Below the pieces are notes generated by a model. That model made no database searches. It saw only the letters and a list, made by a program, of their open reading frames with translations, and had not been told where the DNA came from. A DNA stretch of 64,000 bases from an uncultured Bacteroidota bacterium (GTDB lineage Bacteria; Bacteroidota; Ignavibacteria; UBA10030; UBA8401): NCBI GenBank assembly GCA_963717445.1, contig OY970334.1, forward strand, positions 3,987,704-4,051,703, in the 5' to 3' direction. Position 1 is the stretch's first letter. The number at the start of each line of letters is the position of its first letter. Shown here one piece after another: positions 31,939 to 41,910 of the stretch. The position numbers were made by a program, and so were the translations under genes.

Positions 31939-32865
31939 ATGAGAAAAGCTTTACCGATTATTGTTGTTTGCTGCCTCCTCATCGTTTCATCGTGCGGGAA
32001 AAAGGAAGAACAAACGCATACGAAAGTAATCGGGGTAACGTTGCTTACCCGGGGGCATGTGTTTTACAAAGACCTTGAAGAGGGGCTTCGCACCGAAGCC
32101 GCCAAGGATAATTACGAGTTGATCGTTACCGCAGCTGAATTCGATCTCGGGAAACAAATTGCTCAGATTGAAGATTTTGTCGCGCGCAAGGTTGACGCTA
32201 TTATTGTATGTCCCGTCGACTCAAAGGGTGTCGGCAGCGGCATTAAAAAGGCGAATGACGCGAACATACCGGTGTTTACCGCGGACATCGCAGCATTCGA
32301 GGGAAATGTTGTGAGTCATATCGCTTCAGATAACGAGCTTGGGGGGAGACGAGCGGGAGAGTATCTTGCCAAGCTTCTGGACGGCAAAGGAAAAGTGGCG
32401 ATCATCGACCAGCCGATCCTCACCTCGGTGCTTGACCGCGTCGCAGGGTTTAAGAGTGCGATTGAAAAATTTCCCGACATTAAAATTGTTGCCGATGTGA
32501 ACGGCGACGGTGTTCGCGACAGGTCGCTGCAGGCTGCCTCCGATATTTTACAAGCTCACCCGGATTTGGGAGGGATATTCGGCATCAACGACGAGTCTGC
32601 GTTGGGGGCACTCGACGCCGTTGAGGAATTTAAGCGGATGAACGTTATGATCGTCGGTTATGATGCGACGCCGCCGGCGGTGGATGCGATCCTTAAGGAT
32701 TCTCCGCTGAAAGCCGACGTGATCCAATATCCGAAGAAGATCGGTGCGGCAACGATTGCTGCCATAAAAGATTACTTTTCAGGAGTCGATGTTCAAAAGC
32801 GTTATGCCGTTGAAGTCGGCATCGTCGATAAAGAAGCTCTGCAGAAGTCAACCTCTCCGGAATGA
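31939..32865 (+). CDS. Sugar ABC substrate-binding lipoprotein (RbsB-like)
   Basis: Lipobox VSS-C; DAIIVCPVD, HIASDN, IFGINDESALGA, VGYD. Confidence 0.88.
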   Translation: MRKALPIIVVCCLLIVSSCGKKEEQTHTKVIGVTLLTRGHVFYKDLEEGLRTEAAKDNYELIVTAAEFDLGKQIAQIEDFVARKVDAIIVCPVDSKGVGSGIKKANDANIPVFTADIAAFEGNVVSHIASDNELGGRRAGEYLAKLLDGKGKVAIIDQPILTSVLDRVAGFKSAIEKFPDIKIVADVNGDGVRDRSLQAASDILQAHPDLGGIFGINDESALGALDAVEEFKRMNVMIVGYDATPPAVDAILKDSPLKADVIQYPKKIGAATIAAIKDYFSGVDVQKRYAVEVGIVDKEALQKSTSPE

Positions 32866-33752
32866 TGGCCACACTCTTGCGTTTGAACGGTATCTCCAAA
32901 CAGTATCCCGGCGTTCGGGCATTAGACGGCGTTGCACTTGAGTTAAACGCCGGAGAAGTTCACTGTCTAGTCGGTGAAAACGGTGCCGGCAAATCGACGC
33001 TTATGAAAATTCTCTCCGGCGCGCTTTCTAAAAACAGCGGAGACATTTTGATCGACGGAGAGAAGGCGGAAATTCAATCGCCGTCCGATGCGTTGAAGTG
33101 CGGGATAGGAATCATTTATCAAGACTTCAAACTTGTTCCGGAATTATCGGTCGCCGAAAATATCTTTCTCGGCAAAGAGCCGACACGAACCTCGATCCCG
33201 TTCATCGACTATGCAGCGATGCATGCGCATGCGCGGACTCAATTGGCACAGCTCGGTGAAGAACTCGTCACGACCGTTCCGGTCCGCACCCTGAGTGTTG
33301 CCCAGCAGCAAGTAGTTGAAATTGCCAAGGCGATCTCTCAAAAGGTGCGCATACTCGCGCTCGATGAACCTTCGGCGGCGCTAACAGAACGGGAGCTTCT
33401 CAACCTCTTTGCCATCATACGGCGATTGACATCGGAAGGTGTCGGTGTCATCTACATCTCGCATCGATTAGAGGAAATTTTCGAAATCGGGGACCGCGTG
33501 ACGGTATTGCGCGACGGAAAGGTTGTGAACACCTGTCGCGTTGCGGATGCCGATAGAAAAAGCCTCATCCGATGGATGGTCGGACGCGAGTTAGAGGACG
33601 AGTATCCGAATCTCGAGATGGCACGGGGTGAGGAGGTTTTTCGGGCTGAGGACATCAATGCAGGTTTCCTTCGCGGCATAAATTTTTCGTTGCACCGCGG
33701 AGAAATCCTCGGCTTGGAGCTGTTCTTATCGGCGTGCTGCGCAACGGATTAA
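32862..33752 (+). pseudogene. Sugar ABC ATP-binding protein (RbsA-like), C-terminally truncated
   Basis: GENGAGKST, LSVAQQQ, LALDEP in NBD1; homology stops at GEILGL, at the start of the second NBD. Confidence 0.85.
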
Positions 33753-33844
33753 ACCTTCTCGATGTTAATTCGTAAGTGCAACAAGTGGTCGTCGGTTTTG
33801 TTATTTTGATCACGGTAATGATGGATCAAGCAAGAAAGAAATAA
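33713..33844 (+). pseudogene. 3' remnant of a sugar ABC permease (RbsC-like)
   Basis: Translates LGAVLIGVLRNGLNLLDVNS*VQQVVVGFVILITVMMDQARKK*, with an internal TAA at 33773. Confidence 0.8.
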
Positions 33845-33877
33845 CATTCACGAGGACAGAAATCTGAAAACTTCCCC

Positions 33878-34649
33878 TATCCTGATTCTGAAAGGCCCGG
33901 GATATAAAGAAGGATTCATGATGTAAAATCTATTGGACGTGATGAAACAAATGTGGCTTGACCATTCATGGTCAGGCTACGAGAGTCGAAATCAAATGTA
34001 ATGATGCCCTTTAGGGCATTAAAAAGGGGGGAATATGTCTCAAACGTATTACAAGCTTTGGATCCATCTTATTTGGAGCACAAAGGATCGTCAGCCTATC
34101 ATGCAAAAAGAATTCAGGTGGAAGATTTTCAACCATATTAACCAAAAAGCGAAAGAGGAAGGTTATCATCTTGATGCAATTAATGGCGCTGCTGACCACG
34201 TTCATTGTTTGATGTCAATCCGGCCCAAATATTCGATTAGCGAGATTGTTAACAAACTCAAAGGTGAATCGTCTCATTGGATCAACCATGAAGGAATCAT
34301 ACCGACGCGGTTTGTATGGCAGGGAGGGTTTGCGGCCTTTTCGGTAAGTGAATCTCAGCTTGGCAAAGTTCGAGCATATATCCATAATCAGGAAAGGCAT
34401 CATCAAAGAATGCCTTTCGAAGTTGAGGTGAAGAAATTCTTGAAACTATATCATGCAATATCGGAAAGGGCATGAATGCCCTTTCTATCTTGACTGCATC
34501 ACCGTATCCCGACCCTGAAGGGCCCGGATACGAATTAGAATTGCCGGTGTAAAATTTGTCGAAGGAGATAAAACAAATATTGCCTGACCATTCATGGCCA
34601 GGCTACGAGAGTCGAAATCAAATGTAATGATGCCCTTCAGGGCATTAAA
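33878..34649. repeat. Two ~145-bp direct-repeat blocks of REP-like palindromes flanking tnpA
   Basis: 33956-34023 matches 34582-34649 at 65/68 nt; looser similarity extends to 33878 / 34505. Perfect hairpin GAAAGGGCAT-GA-ATGCCCTTTC at 34464-34485. Confidence 0.8.
34035..34475 (+). CDS. tnpA: IS200/IS605-family Y1 (HuH) transposase
   Basis: HLIWSTKDR, DHVH (HuH), KGESS, WQGGFAAFSVS, YIHNQERHH. Confidence 0.9.
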   Translation: MSQTYYKLWIHLIWSTKDRQPIMQKEFRWKIFNHINQKAKEEGYHLDAINGAADHVHCLMSIRPKYSISEIVNKLKGESSHWINHEGIIPTRFVWQGGFAAFSVSESQLGKVRAYIHNQERHHQRMPFEVEVKKFLKLYHAISERA

Positions 34650-34698
34650 CGTATAGGGAATCTTGGTTTTGCAAAATTCCCATAATAAAGGAGCCGCT

Positions 34699-37600
34699 AT
34701 GAAGAACTTTCTCTCTTGTATTGCCGTTATGATTTTCCCGTTCGTACTCATATCACAGACTAACGTCGATAAAGTTACGAGTGCACTCGACTCAATGTCG
34801 ACTTTCTCAGTGAACGATTGGAAAATGAGTCCCGACCTCAAGAACGGAGAGATCAAAGGAGATCCCACACAACATGGGTTTGACGATTCACAATGGCAAA
34901 CGTTAAAAATCGCTCAGTCGGTGTATCCCGATTCGTGCTGGTTGCGGAGAGAAATAGTCCTCCCTGAATATATTTTAGGGAAAAGGGTCGGGGGAACGAT
35001 ACGGCTCCTCGTTTCGGTCGACGATTACGGATACATGTGGATCAACGGAGAGAGTAGGGGATATTTTCCATGGGATGGAACTTTTGTCTTGACGAATGAT
35101 GCCAAGCCGGGCGAAAGATTTCTTATTGCGATCCGGGCCATTAATACCGGAGGCGCACTCAGGCTTTTGCGCGCGGACCTTGAGACGGCAAGCACCGATA
35201 CAATTCGACAGATGATAAAAGATTTCTCATTAAGTCTCCGCGTTGGACAGACACTGTTGAGCTTCGACACGAAGCAATCAACAGCGTACGGTAATAACGT
35301 TCAGGATTTTGGGATTGATAAATCAACAATCGACAAGGGAGAGAAGAACAAGCTCAACGAGTTGCTTCAGGAGCAGGCAGCCCGTCTTGATCTTGATGCG
35401 CTCCGCTCAGCCATGATGGAAAAGTTTGTGGCATCGTTGAATGACGTTCGTTCGGCATTGAAGCCGGTCGCCGAATTTGCAAAACGATTTACGCTCTCTT
35501 TCGACGCGAACGCGCATATCGACGCCGCATGGCTCTGGCGCGACAAAGAGACGGTTGAAGTTTGCAAGAACACGTTTACTTCTGTCCTGAATATGATGGA
35601 CGCCCGGCCTGATTTCTCCTACACACAAAGTGCGGCGGTGTACTACGATTGGATGGAACAAAAATATCCCGATGTGTTCAAGAGGATTAAACAGCGCGTG
35701 AGAGACGGAAGGTGGGAAGTTGTCGGTGGAATGTGGATTGAGCCGGACTGCAATTTGCCGAGCGGCGAATCGTGGATGCATCAGTTACTCATCTCAAAAA
35801 AATATTTCCAGAAGGAGCTGGGAGTCGACGTAAAGATCGGATGGAATCCCGATTCGTTCGGCTATAACTGGAATATGCCGGAGTTTTATCAAAACGCCGG
35901 CATCGACGCTTTTATCACGCAGAAGCTCGGGTGGAACGATACGAACATTTTCCCCTATCGTGTCTTTTGGTGGGAAGGGCCTGACGGTTCGCGCATTCTG
36001 ACCTATTTTCCGTACGACTATGTCAACGAAATCTCCAACCCTTTTCAGCTCGCGAATTGGATGCGGCAGTTTGAAGCGAACACCGGTTTTACAAGGATGA
36101 TGGTCCTTTTCGGTGTAGGAGATCATGGCGGCGGCCCGACAATTGAAATGTTAGACCGCATCGAACATCTGAAGCATCTCGATATTTACCCGAACGTAGA
36201 GTACTGCACGGCGACTCAGTATCTTGATTGGCTGAAGAAACAAGACCCGGCTGAGATTCCCACATGGAAAGACGAGCTCTACCTCGAGTATCACCGTGGC
36301 ACGTACACCACTCAAGCAAAAATGAAACAATTTAACCGCCAAAATGAAGAGCTGTTGACGAATGCCGAAAAATTCTCAACGTTGGCAACATTATACGGAA
36401 ACGTGTACGATCAGCAGCAACTCGATAATGCCTGGAAAGACGTTCTCTTTAATCAATTCCATGATATCCTTCCCGGTTCAGGTATTAGAGAAAACTATAT
36501 CGATGCGACGGAAAAGCACAAAGATGCTGAAAAAAGCGGTTCGTTTGTACTGCAGAAGTCCCTTGCAACCATTGCATCGACCGTCGGCACTTCAAGACTA
36601 ACGAAGGGAACGCCGGTTATAGTGTTCAACCCGTTGTCGTGGGAGCGAACGGATGTTGCAACAGTAAAGCTGCCGGAAGGGGACACGAGTCAATATGCTG
36701 TTTTTGAAACGAACGGTAAGGAAATTCCATCACAGATTGTCGAGAAAGGATTGCTGGAGAGAAACGTAATTTTTATCGCTCAGAATGTTCCTTCTTTCGG
36801 CTTCGAAACGTTCGAGCTGCGGAAACAAAAAGCAACGGCAGGGACAATGACTCCCGACAATTCCTCGCTTACGATTGAAAACGAATATTTTCGCGTCAAG
36901 GTCGGTCGCGACTCCGGCTGGGTGGAAAGCATTGTGAATAAGGTCACCGGACAAGAATTTTTGGACGGCAATGGCAACAAACTGCAACTCCTTGAAGATA
37001 AACCGAAGCGATGGGATGCATGGAATCTCGGCCTGACGGGGAAAGAATATCCGCTAACGCTTCGCCGAATAGACGTTGTCGAGCATGGCCCGGTACGCAC
37101 CGTGATTCGCGTTGTACATGATTGTCTCGGTCCGAGTTTCCGGCGCGATTATCCGACGCCCGATTTTCCCAGCTCATTCTTCACGCAAGATATTATTCTC
37201 TACCACGGAATTTACAGAGTAGATTTCAAAACCGATGTGGATTGGTGGGAAGAACATACGATGCTTAAAGTAGCGTTTCCCGTCACGGTAAGGGATTCCG
37301 TTGCTACGTATGAAATTCCTTACGGTTCAATCCGGCGTTCGACGCTGATGCGCAACAACTGGGAAAGGGCGAGAGTTGAGGTTCCGGCAGAACGCTGGGC
37401 GGACATGTCGGAAGACAGGTTCGGCGTGAGTTTGTTGAACAAGTCGAAATATGGTTATGACATCAAGGGGAATACGATGCGGTTATCTCTGCTCCGTTCT
37501 CCGTTGTGGCCGGACCCCACCGCCGACCGCGGGAAGCATTCCATTGAGTACAGCTTGTATCCCCATCCCGGAACATGGAAAGAGGCAAACACAGAAGCAG

Positions 37601-37932
37601 CCGGTTATGAGTTCAACTATCCTCTGATCGTCGTGACGACGGGTGTGCATAAAGGAAGACTTCCTACATCAGGATCACTCGTGCAGCTCAACCCTGCAAA
37701 CCTTGTTCTCACCGTGCTAAAAAAAGCAGAGGATTCCGATGCATGGATTGTTCAGTGGTATGAAACACAAGGAGAAGATGCGCAAGCCGTATTGTGGCTG
37801 CCTCGAGTTCCGAAGAAAGTCGTGAAGTCAAACTTCATGGAAGAAGATGGCGCGCCTGTCGAGTTTGACGGGAACACCGTGAGAGTGAAAACGAAAAAGA
37901 ATTCTGTGATGACATTGAAAGTGACGTTCTAA
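34699..37932 (+). CDS. Secreted GH38 alpha-mannosidase
   Basis: AHIDAAWLW, GWNPDSFG, GVGDHGGG, ELYLEYHRGTY, NQFHDILPGS; signal peptide. Confidence 0.92.
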   Translation: MKNFLSCIAVMIFPFVLISQTNVDKVTSALDSMSTFSVNDWKMSPDLKNGEIKGDPTQHGFDDSQWQTLKIAQSVYPDSCWLRREIVLPEYILGKRVGGTIRLLVSVDDYGYMWINGESRGYFPWDGTFVLTNDAKPGERFLIAIRAINTGGALRLLRADLETASTDTIRQMIKDFSLSLRVGQTLLSFDTKQSTAYGNNVQDFGIDKSTIDKGEKNKLNELLQEQAARLDLDALRSAMMEKFVASLNDVRSALKPVAEFAKRFTLSFDANAHIDAAWLWRDKETVEVCKNTFTSVLNMMDARPDFSYTQSAAVYYDWMEQKYPDVFKRIKQRVRDGRWEVVGGMWIEPDCNLPSGESWMHQLLISKKYFQKELGVDVKIGWNPDSFGYNWNMPEFYQNAGIDAFITQKLGWNDTNIFPYRVFWWEGPDGSRILTYFPYDYVNEISNPFQLANWMRQFEANTGFTRMMVLFGVGDHGGGPTIEMLDRIEHLKHLDIYPNVEYCTATQYLDWLKKQDPAEIPTWKDELYLEYHRGTYTTQAKMKQFNRQNEELLTNAEKFSTLATLYGNVYDQQQLDNAWKDVLFNQFHDILPGSGIRENYIDATEKHKDAEKSGSFVLQKSLATIASTVGTSRLTKGTPVIVFNPLSWERTDVATVKLPEGDTSQYAVFETNGKEIPSQIVEKGLLERNVIFIAQNVPSFGFETFELRKQKATAGTMTPDNSSLTIENEYFRVKVGRDSGWVESIVNKVTGQEFLDGNGNKLQLLEDKPKRWDAWNLGLTGKEYPLTLRRIDVVEHGPVRTVIRVVHDCLGPSFRRDYPTPDFPSSFFTQDIILYHGIYRVDFKTDVDWWEEHTMLKVAFPVTVRDSVATYEIPYGSIRRSTLMRNNWERARVEVPAERWADMSEDRFGVSLLNKSKYGYDIKGNTMRLSLLRSPLWPDPTADRGKHSIEYSLYPHPGTWKEANTEAAGYEFNYPLIVVTTGVHKGRLPTSGSLVQLNPANLVLTVLKKAEDSDAWIVQWYETQGEDAQAVLWLPRVPKKVVKSNFMEEDGAPVEFDGNTVRVKTKKNSVMTLKVTF

Positions 37933-38100
37933 CATAGTGTTCCCGCAAATTGTCTGAACAATGCTCGTGCAAAGTGCAATAAAAAATTGTTATGAGCGAA
38001 CACAACGCATTTGCGAGAGATCGTTTCTTAAACCCTGAGATCAATTAGAAGCTATCTCAAAAACGCTTGATTATGTCCTTCTGAAGGAATACTGACAGAT

Positions 38101-38156
38101 CATTGTCATTCTGAACCCCGTCGCTTTTCAGACGGGGTGAAGAATCCATGACAATG
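38101..38156. repeat. Intergenic palindrome (GTCATTCTGAA...GAAGAATC type)
   Basis: CATTGTCAT/ATGACAATG outer arms and ACCCCGTC/GACGGGGT inner arms. Confidence 0.6.
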
Positions 38157-38259
38157 ACATACCTTGACTCTACTAGGCTTCCATGTCATGGATGCTCCGC
38201 TCAGCATGACATTTACGGCTGCTTTCTGCATGAAAACCATTTTTGAGATGGCTTCTAGT

Positions 38260-39093
38260 ATGAAGATCACCGATATCCATGGATCGGTTGAATTGCGGAA
38301 CGGGGTGAAGATGCCGTATTTCGGCCTGGGAGTATTTCAGACGGCGGACGGTGCAGAGGTCATCCGGGCTGTTCACGATGCTTTACGAGCACAGTACCGT
38401 CATATTGATACAGCTTCTCTATACAGAAACGAAAAGGGAGTAGGCAAGGCAATTGCGGAGTGCGGAATTCCCCGTAACGAGATTTTCGTGACCAGCAAAG
38501 TCTGGAATTCCGACCAGAGTTATGAAAGCACGCTTCGTGCCTTTGATAAGAGTCTTAGGCTGTTGCAGTTCGACTATCTCGACTTATACCTAGTGCATTG
38601 GCCGGTAAAGGGAAAATACATCGAGACATGGAAAGCGCTTGAAAAACTTTATCAGCAAAAAGTCGTCCGCGCAATTGGTGTGAGCAATTTTCTCACTCAT
38701 CATCTTGAAGACTTGCTTAACCACTGCCGCGAAAGTCCGATGGTCAATCAAATGGAGTTCCATCCGTATCTTGTCCAGCAAGACTTGATTGATTATTGCA
38801 GCGAAAGAAATATTCAATATGAAGCGTGGAGCCCGTTGATGCAAGGGAAAATTCTCGGCGTAGCCGAGATGAAACCTATTGCGGCAAAATATAAGAAGGA
38901 TGTTGCGCAACTTGTGCTTCGGTGGAATCTGCAGAAAGGCGTCATCACGATTCCTAAATCAGTGCACAAGGAACGTATTGTTTCAAATGCACAAATTTTC
39001 GATTTCGAAATTACTCCTGCCGACATAAAGGCTATTGATAGCCTTGACCGGCATGAACGGGTTGGCGCCGATCCGGACACGTTTGATTTTTAA
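38260..39093 (+). CDS. Aldo/keto reductase
   Basis: GLGVFQ, IDTASLY, FVTSKVWN, DLYLVHWP, IGVSNF, IPKS. Start probably ATG 38260. Confidence 0.93.
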   Translation: MKITDIHGSVELRNGVKMPYFGLGVFQTADGAEVIRAVHDALRAQYRHIDTASLYRNEKGVGKAIAECGIPRNEIFVTSKVWNSDQSYESTLRAFDKSLRLLQFDYLDLYLVHWPVKGKYIETWKALEKLYQQKVVRAIGVSNFLTHHLEDLLNHCRESPMVNQMEFHPYLVQQDLIDYCSERNIQYEAWSPLMQGKILGVAEMKPIAAKYKKDVAQLVLRWNLQKGVITIPKSVHKERIVSNAQIFDFEITPADIKAIDSLDRHERVGADPDTFDF

Positions 39094-39289
39094 GAATAGC
39101 GCATCGTTGCAAAACGAATCCAACTCTACCTGTGTTGGAATTAAGCAAAGCATTGTCTGCCTAAATTACATTTTTTGATACACATCAACTTTGCAGGATC
39201 GTCCCGGCTCGAAATGGCCACTATCCAAAAATTTCCTGCAGCGAGGTTAATTTTTCTCTATTTAATCAAAGCTTTATTCTAACCGGGTT

Positions 39290-39330
39290 GGGGTCGTAGC
39301 TCAGTTTGGTTAGAGCGCCTGCCTGTCACG
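39290..39330 (+). repeat. attL: displaced 5' fragment of tRNA-Asp
   Basis: GGGGTCGTAGCTCAGTTTGGTTAGAGCGCCTGCCTGTCACG, identity ending one base past the anticodon loop. Confidence 0.92.
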
Positions 39331-39392
39331 GTCGTGCCGAGGCTTCAAATTTCTTAGCATTCCTAAGCATTCTTGCAAATTTTCCCTTCAAG

Positions 39393-39416
39393 CGTCTAAC
39401 TTTTCTTCTAACACTT
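39393..39416 (+). repeat. Candidate integrase arm-type sites, left end
   Basis: CGTCTAACTTTT plus CTTCTAACACTT in tandem; the same 12-mer occurs twice at 57041-57064. Confidence 0.65.
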
Positions 39417-39479
39417 TCCCTAAAAAGAAGCTTCGCCAATCTTTCACCGAAAAACCATAAACATTAATTCGGAGGAAAT

Positions 39480-40484
39480 ATGGGAAGCCTTATTCGTCAC
39501 AAGTCAGGGGTCTACTACAGTATCACATCCTTAAACGGCAAGAGAGTCTGGCGATCCTTGCGTACAAAAAACCGCATGGAGGCGTACAAGAAATATCTTT
39601 CCGAGATCAAACCTGAAGTCAAGAAACCGAAGTCGCTCTCATTAACCGATGCCCAAGACCAATACTTGGACTATGTGAAAACTAACTTCTCGCCGAAAAC
39701 GGTTAGCATTTATCAAAACGTCTTTAAACTCTTCGATAGCTTTATTGGCGAAATGGATTTGCATGATATATCGACCCGCGATGTAGACATGTACAAGGCC
39801 AGCCGGATAAAAGATGTTTCAGCCAATACAGTCAATCATGACTTGCGAAGCCTGAAAGCATTCTTCAACCGTTTACTTGTTTGGAAGATGATCGAATCAA
39901 ACCCATGTAATGGAATAAAGACGATCAGAGTCGTCGATACGATCAGGCCATATCTTTCCAAAGAGGATCTCACAAAATTGCTCGCGTACACCAAGGGGAC
40001 TCAATTGCATGACATTATTTTGTTGGCTGCAATGACGGGTTTGAGGAGGGGAGAACTGCTTGGTCTGGCATGGGAGGATGTGGATTTGAAGCAAGGGACG
40101 CTTTTAGTCCATAGCACAATCGGCCACACAACGAAAGGGGGAAAGATCAGGCTCATTCCGATGAATTCAGCAGTCAGGGAGTTATTTGAGAGATTGCCGA
40201 AAAACGAGGGACCGATTTTTATAGGGGAGCGGGGAGGATGGAAGAAGGGAGATTTTGTTGGCAGGAGTTTCAAGAAGGCCATACGGGGTTGTGGATTGGA
40301 TCCGAAGCTTCATTTTCACTCACTCCGGCACACCTTTGCAAGCTTGCTTGTAAAAGAGGGAGTATCGCTTTATCATGTGCAGAGGCTCTTAGGGCATTCA
40401 TCCTCACGTGTCACGGAAATCTATGCACATCTGGGGACGACTGAGTTAAGCGGCTCGGTAGAAAAATTGGCAATGGCAGGCTAA
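39480..40484 (+). CDS. Tyrosine recombinase / integrase 1
   Basis: GLRRGE, TKGGK, HSLRH, LGH, EIY catalytic set intact; short N-terminal arm-binding-like region; GGAGG RBS. Confidence 0.93.
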   Translation: MGSLIRHKSGVYYSITSLNGKRVWRSLRTKNRMEAYKKYLSEIKPEVKKPKSLSLTDAQDQYLDYVKTNFSPKTVSIYQNVFKLFDSFIGEMDLHDISTRDVDMYKASRIKDVSANTVNHDLRSLKAFFNRLLVWKMIESNPCNGIKTIRVVDTIRPYLSKEDLTKLLAYTKGTQLHDIILLAAMTGLRRGELLGLAWEDVDLKQGTLLVHSTIGHTTKGGKIRLIPMNSAVRELFERLPKNEGPIFIGERGGWKKGDFVGRSFKKAIRGCGLDPKLHFHSLRHTFASLLVKEGVSLYHVQRLLGHSSSRVTEIYAHLGTTELSGSVEKLAMAG

Positions 40485-40613
40485 TTCGCTATTCTAAAAG
40501 CCCATATTTTCATTGTGAAATGGTATGTAACATGAAATAACATATCGTTTGCCATTCATACATATTTTGCTATATTTGTTACATATCAATTTTCTCAATA
40601 TTATCACATACAT

Positions 40614-41690
40614 ATGAAATTCAATTCTGATCAACCGTTTGAATTACCCCTTCTTCCACCGGCCTTAAACTTCAAGCATGAGGAATTTTTTGATATTCTA
40701 ATGAAGACGAGAACCGAGTTAGGCGAGTTAAACGGATATTCGTACACGCTTCCCAATCCAATATTGCTGCTTTCTCCCGCCGTACTCAAGGAGTCTGTTG
40801 CAAGTTCGAATATCGAAAATATCAACACAACGATGGAGGAGGCTTTACAAGCTCAACTCTTTCCAGATGCAGAACAGAAAAAGCCCGATAAAGAAGTGCT
40901 CCGGTACAGAGACGCCATCCAGTGGGGGTTTGAAAACCTCAAGAAAATCCCGATCTCGACTCGGTTGATTCTTGGGATTGAAAAAAAACTGATGCCGGAT
41001 AGAATAGAAGGATACAGGAGGACTCAGAATAAAATTACAAACGTCACGACAGGGAAAGCTCTCTATACTCCACCGACCGCTAACGAACTTCCCAGGCTGT
41101 TAGGCAACTGGGAGAATTTTGTCAATGCTGAAGACGATAACATCGACCCGCTTGTTAAATGTGCAATCGCTCACTACCAATTTGAAGCAATCCACCCATT
41201 TAGCGATGGCAATGGTCGAACGGGGAGAATCCTAATAGTATTGTTTCTAATTCAGCGGAAGCTTCTCTCATTGCCGATTCTCTATGTCAGCGGATACATC
41301 AACAAAAACCGAAACGAGTACTATCGGCTTTTGCGCGAAGTAAGCACAGAAGGAAAATGGCATGAGTGGATTCTCTTTATGCTAAAAGGCTACCACCTGC
41401 AAGCAAAAGGGACAAAGGAAGTCATTCTCCGGATTACAGAAATGCTTGAAGAAATGAAGGTGCTTCTCCGGACAAAGCACAGAAAAATCTATTCATCGGA
41501 CTTAGCAGAAGCGTTGTTTGCATATCCGATTGTTACGCCAATTAACCTTGGCAAAAGGTTAGACGTGAACTACCGAACGGCAAGCCGTTACCTTGTGGAA
41601 CTTGAGAAGGGGAAGGTTCTTAGTGAAAGTTACATTGGGAAGTATCATCTCTATTCAAACAAGCGATTGTTGAAAATGCTCAGATCGTAA
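40614..41690 (+). CDS. Fic-domain protein with inhibitory motif and C-terminal HTH
   Basis: HPFSDGNGRTGR; N-terminal SSNIEN matches (S/T)xxxE(G/N); VNYRTASRYLVEL helix-turn-helix. Confidence 0.92.
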   Translation: MKFNSDQPFELPLLPPALNFKHEEFFDILMKTRTELGELNGYSYTLPNPILLLSPAVLKESVASSNIENINTTMEEALQAQLFPDAEQKKPDKEVLRYRDAIQWGFENLKKIPISTRLILGIEKKLMPDRIEGYRRTQNKITNVTTGKALYTPPTANELPRLLGNWENFVNAEDDNIDPLVKCAIAHYQFEAIHPFSDGNGRTGRILIVLFLIQRKLLSLPILYVSGYINKNRNEYYRLLREVSTEGKWHEWILFMLKGYHLQAKGTKEVILRITEMLEEMKVLLRTKHRKIYSSDLAEALFAYPIVTPINLGKRLDVNYRTASRYLVELEKGKVLSESYIGKYHLYSNKRLLKMLRS

Positions 41691-41793
41691 AGTGTGTTTT
41701 GTATTGGGCGCATTACGATTACTGCAATACGCTGGAGTTAAAGAAGCTTCTATAATTATTGTATAACTATGGCACATATAATTTAATTTGCCA

Positions 41794-41880
41794 TCTTCTT
41801 CACGGGTAACGGAAATCTATGCTCATCTTGGAACTACGGAATTGAGCGGTTCGGTAGAAAAATTGGCGATGGCAGGATGA
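41794..41880 (+). pseudogene. Second, synonymously recoded copy of the last 28 codons of integrase 1
   Basis: Encodes SSSRVTEIYAHLGTTELSGSVEKLAMAG*, identical to 40398-40484 in protein, with 15 nt differences. Confidence 0.9.
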
Positions 41881-41910
41881 CGCTTTTATATCTCATGCAG
41901 AGGCACAGCA

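Noticed and set aside
39290-39330. Second functional tRNA-Asp
   Set aside because: Only the first 41 nt are present; there is no T-arm or 3' acceptor strand.
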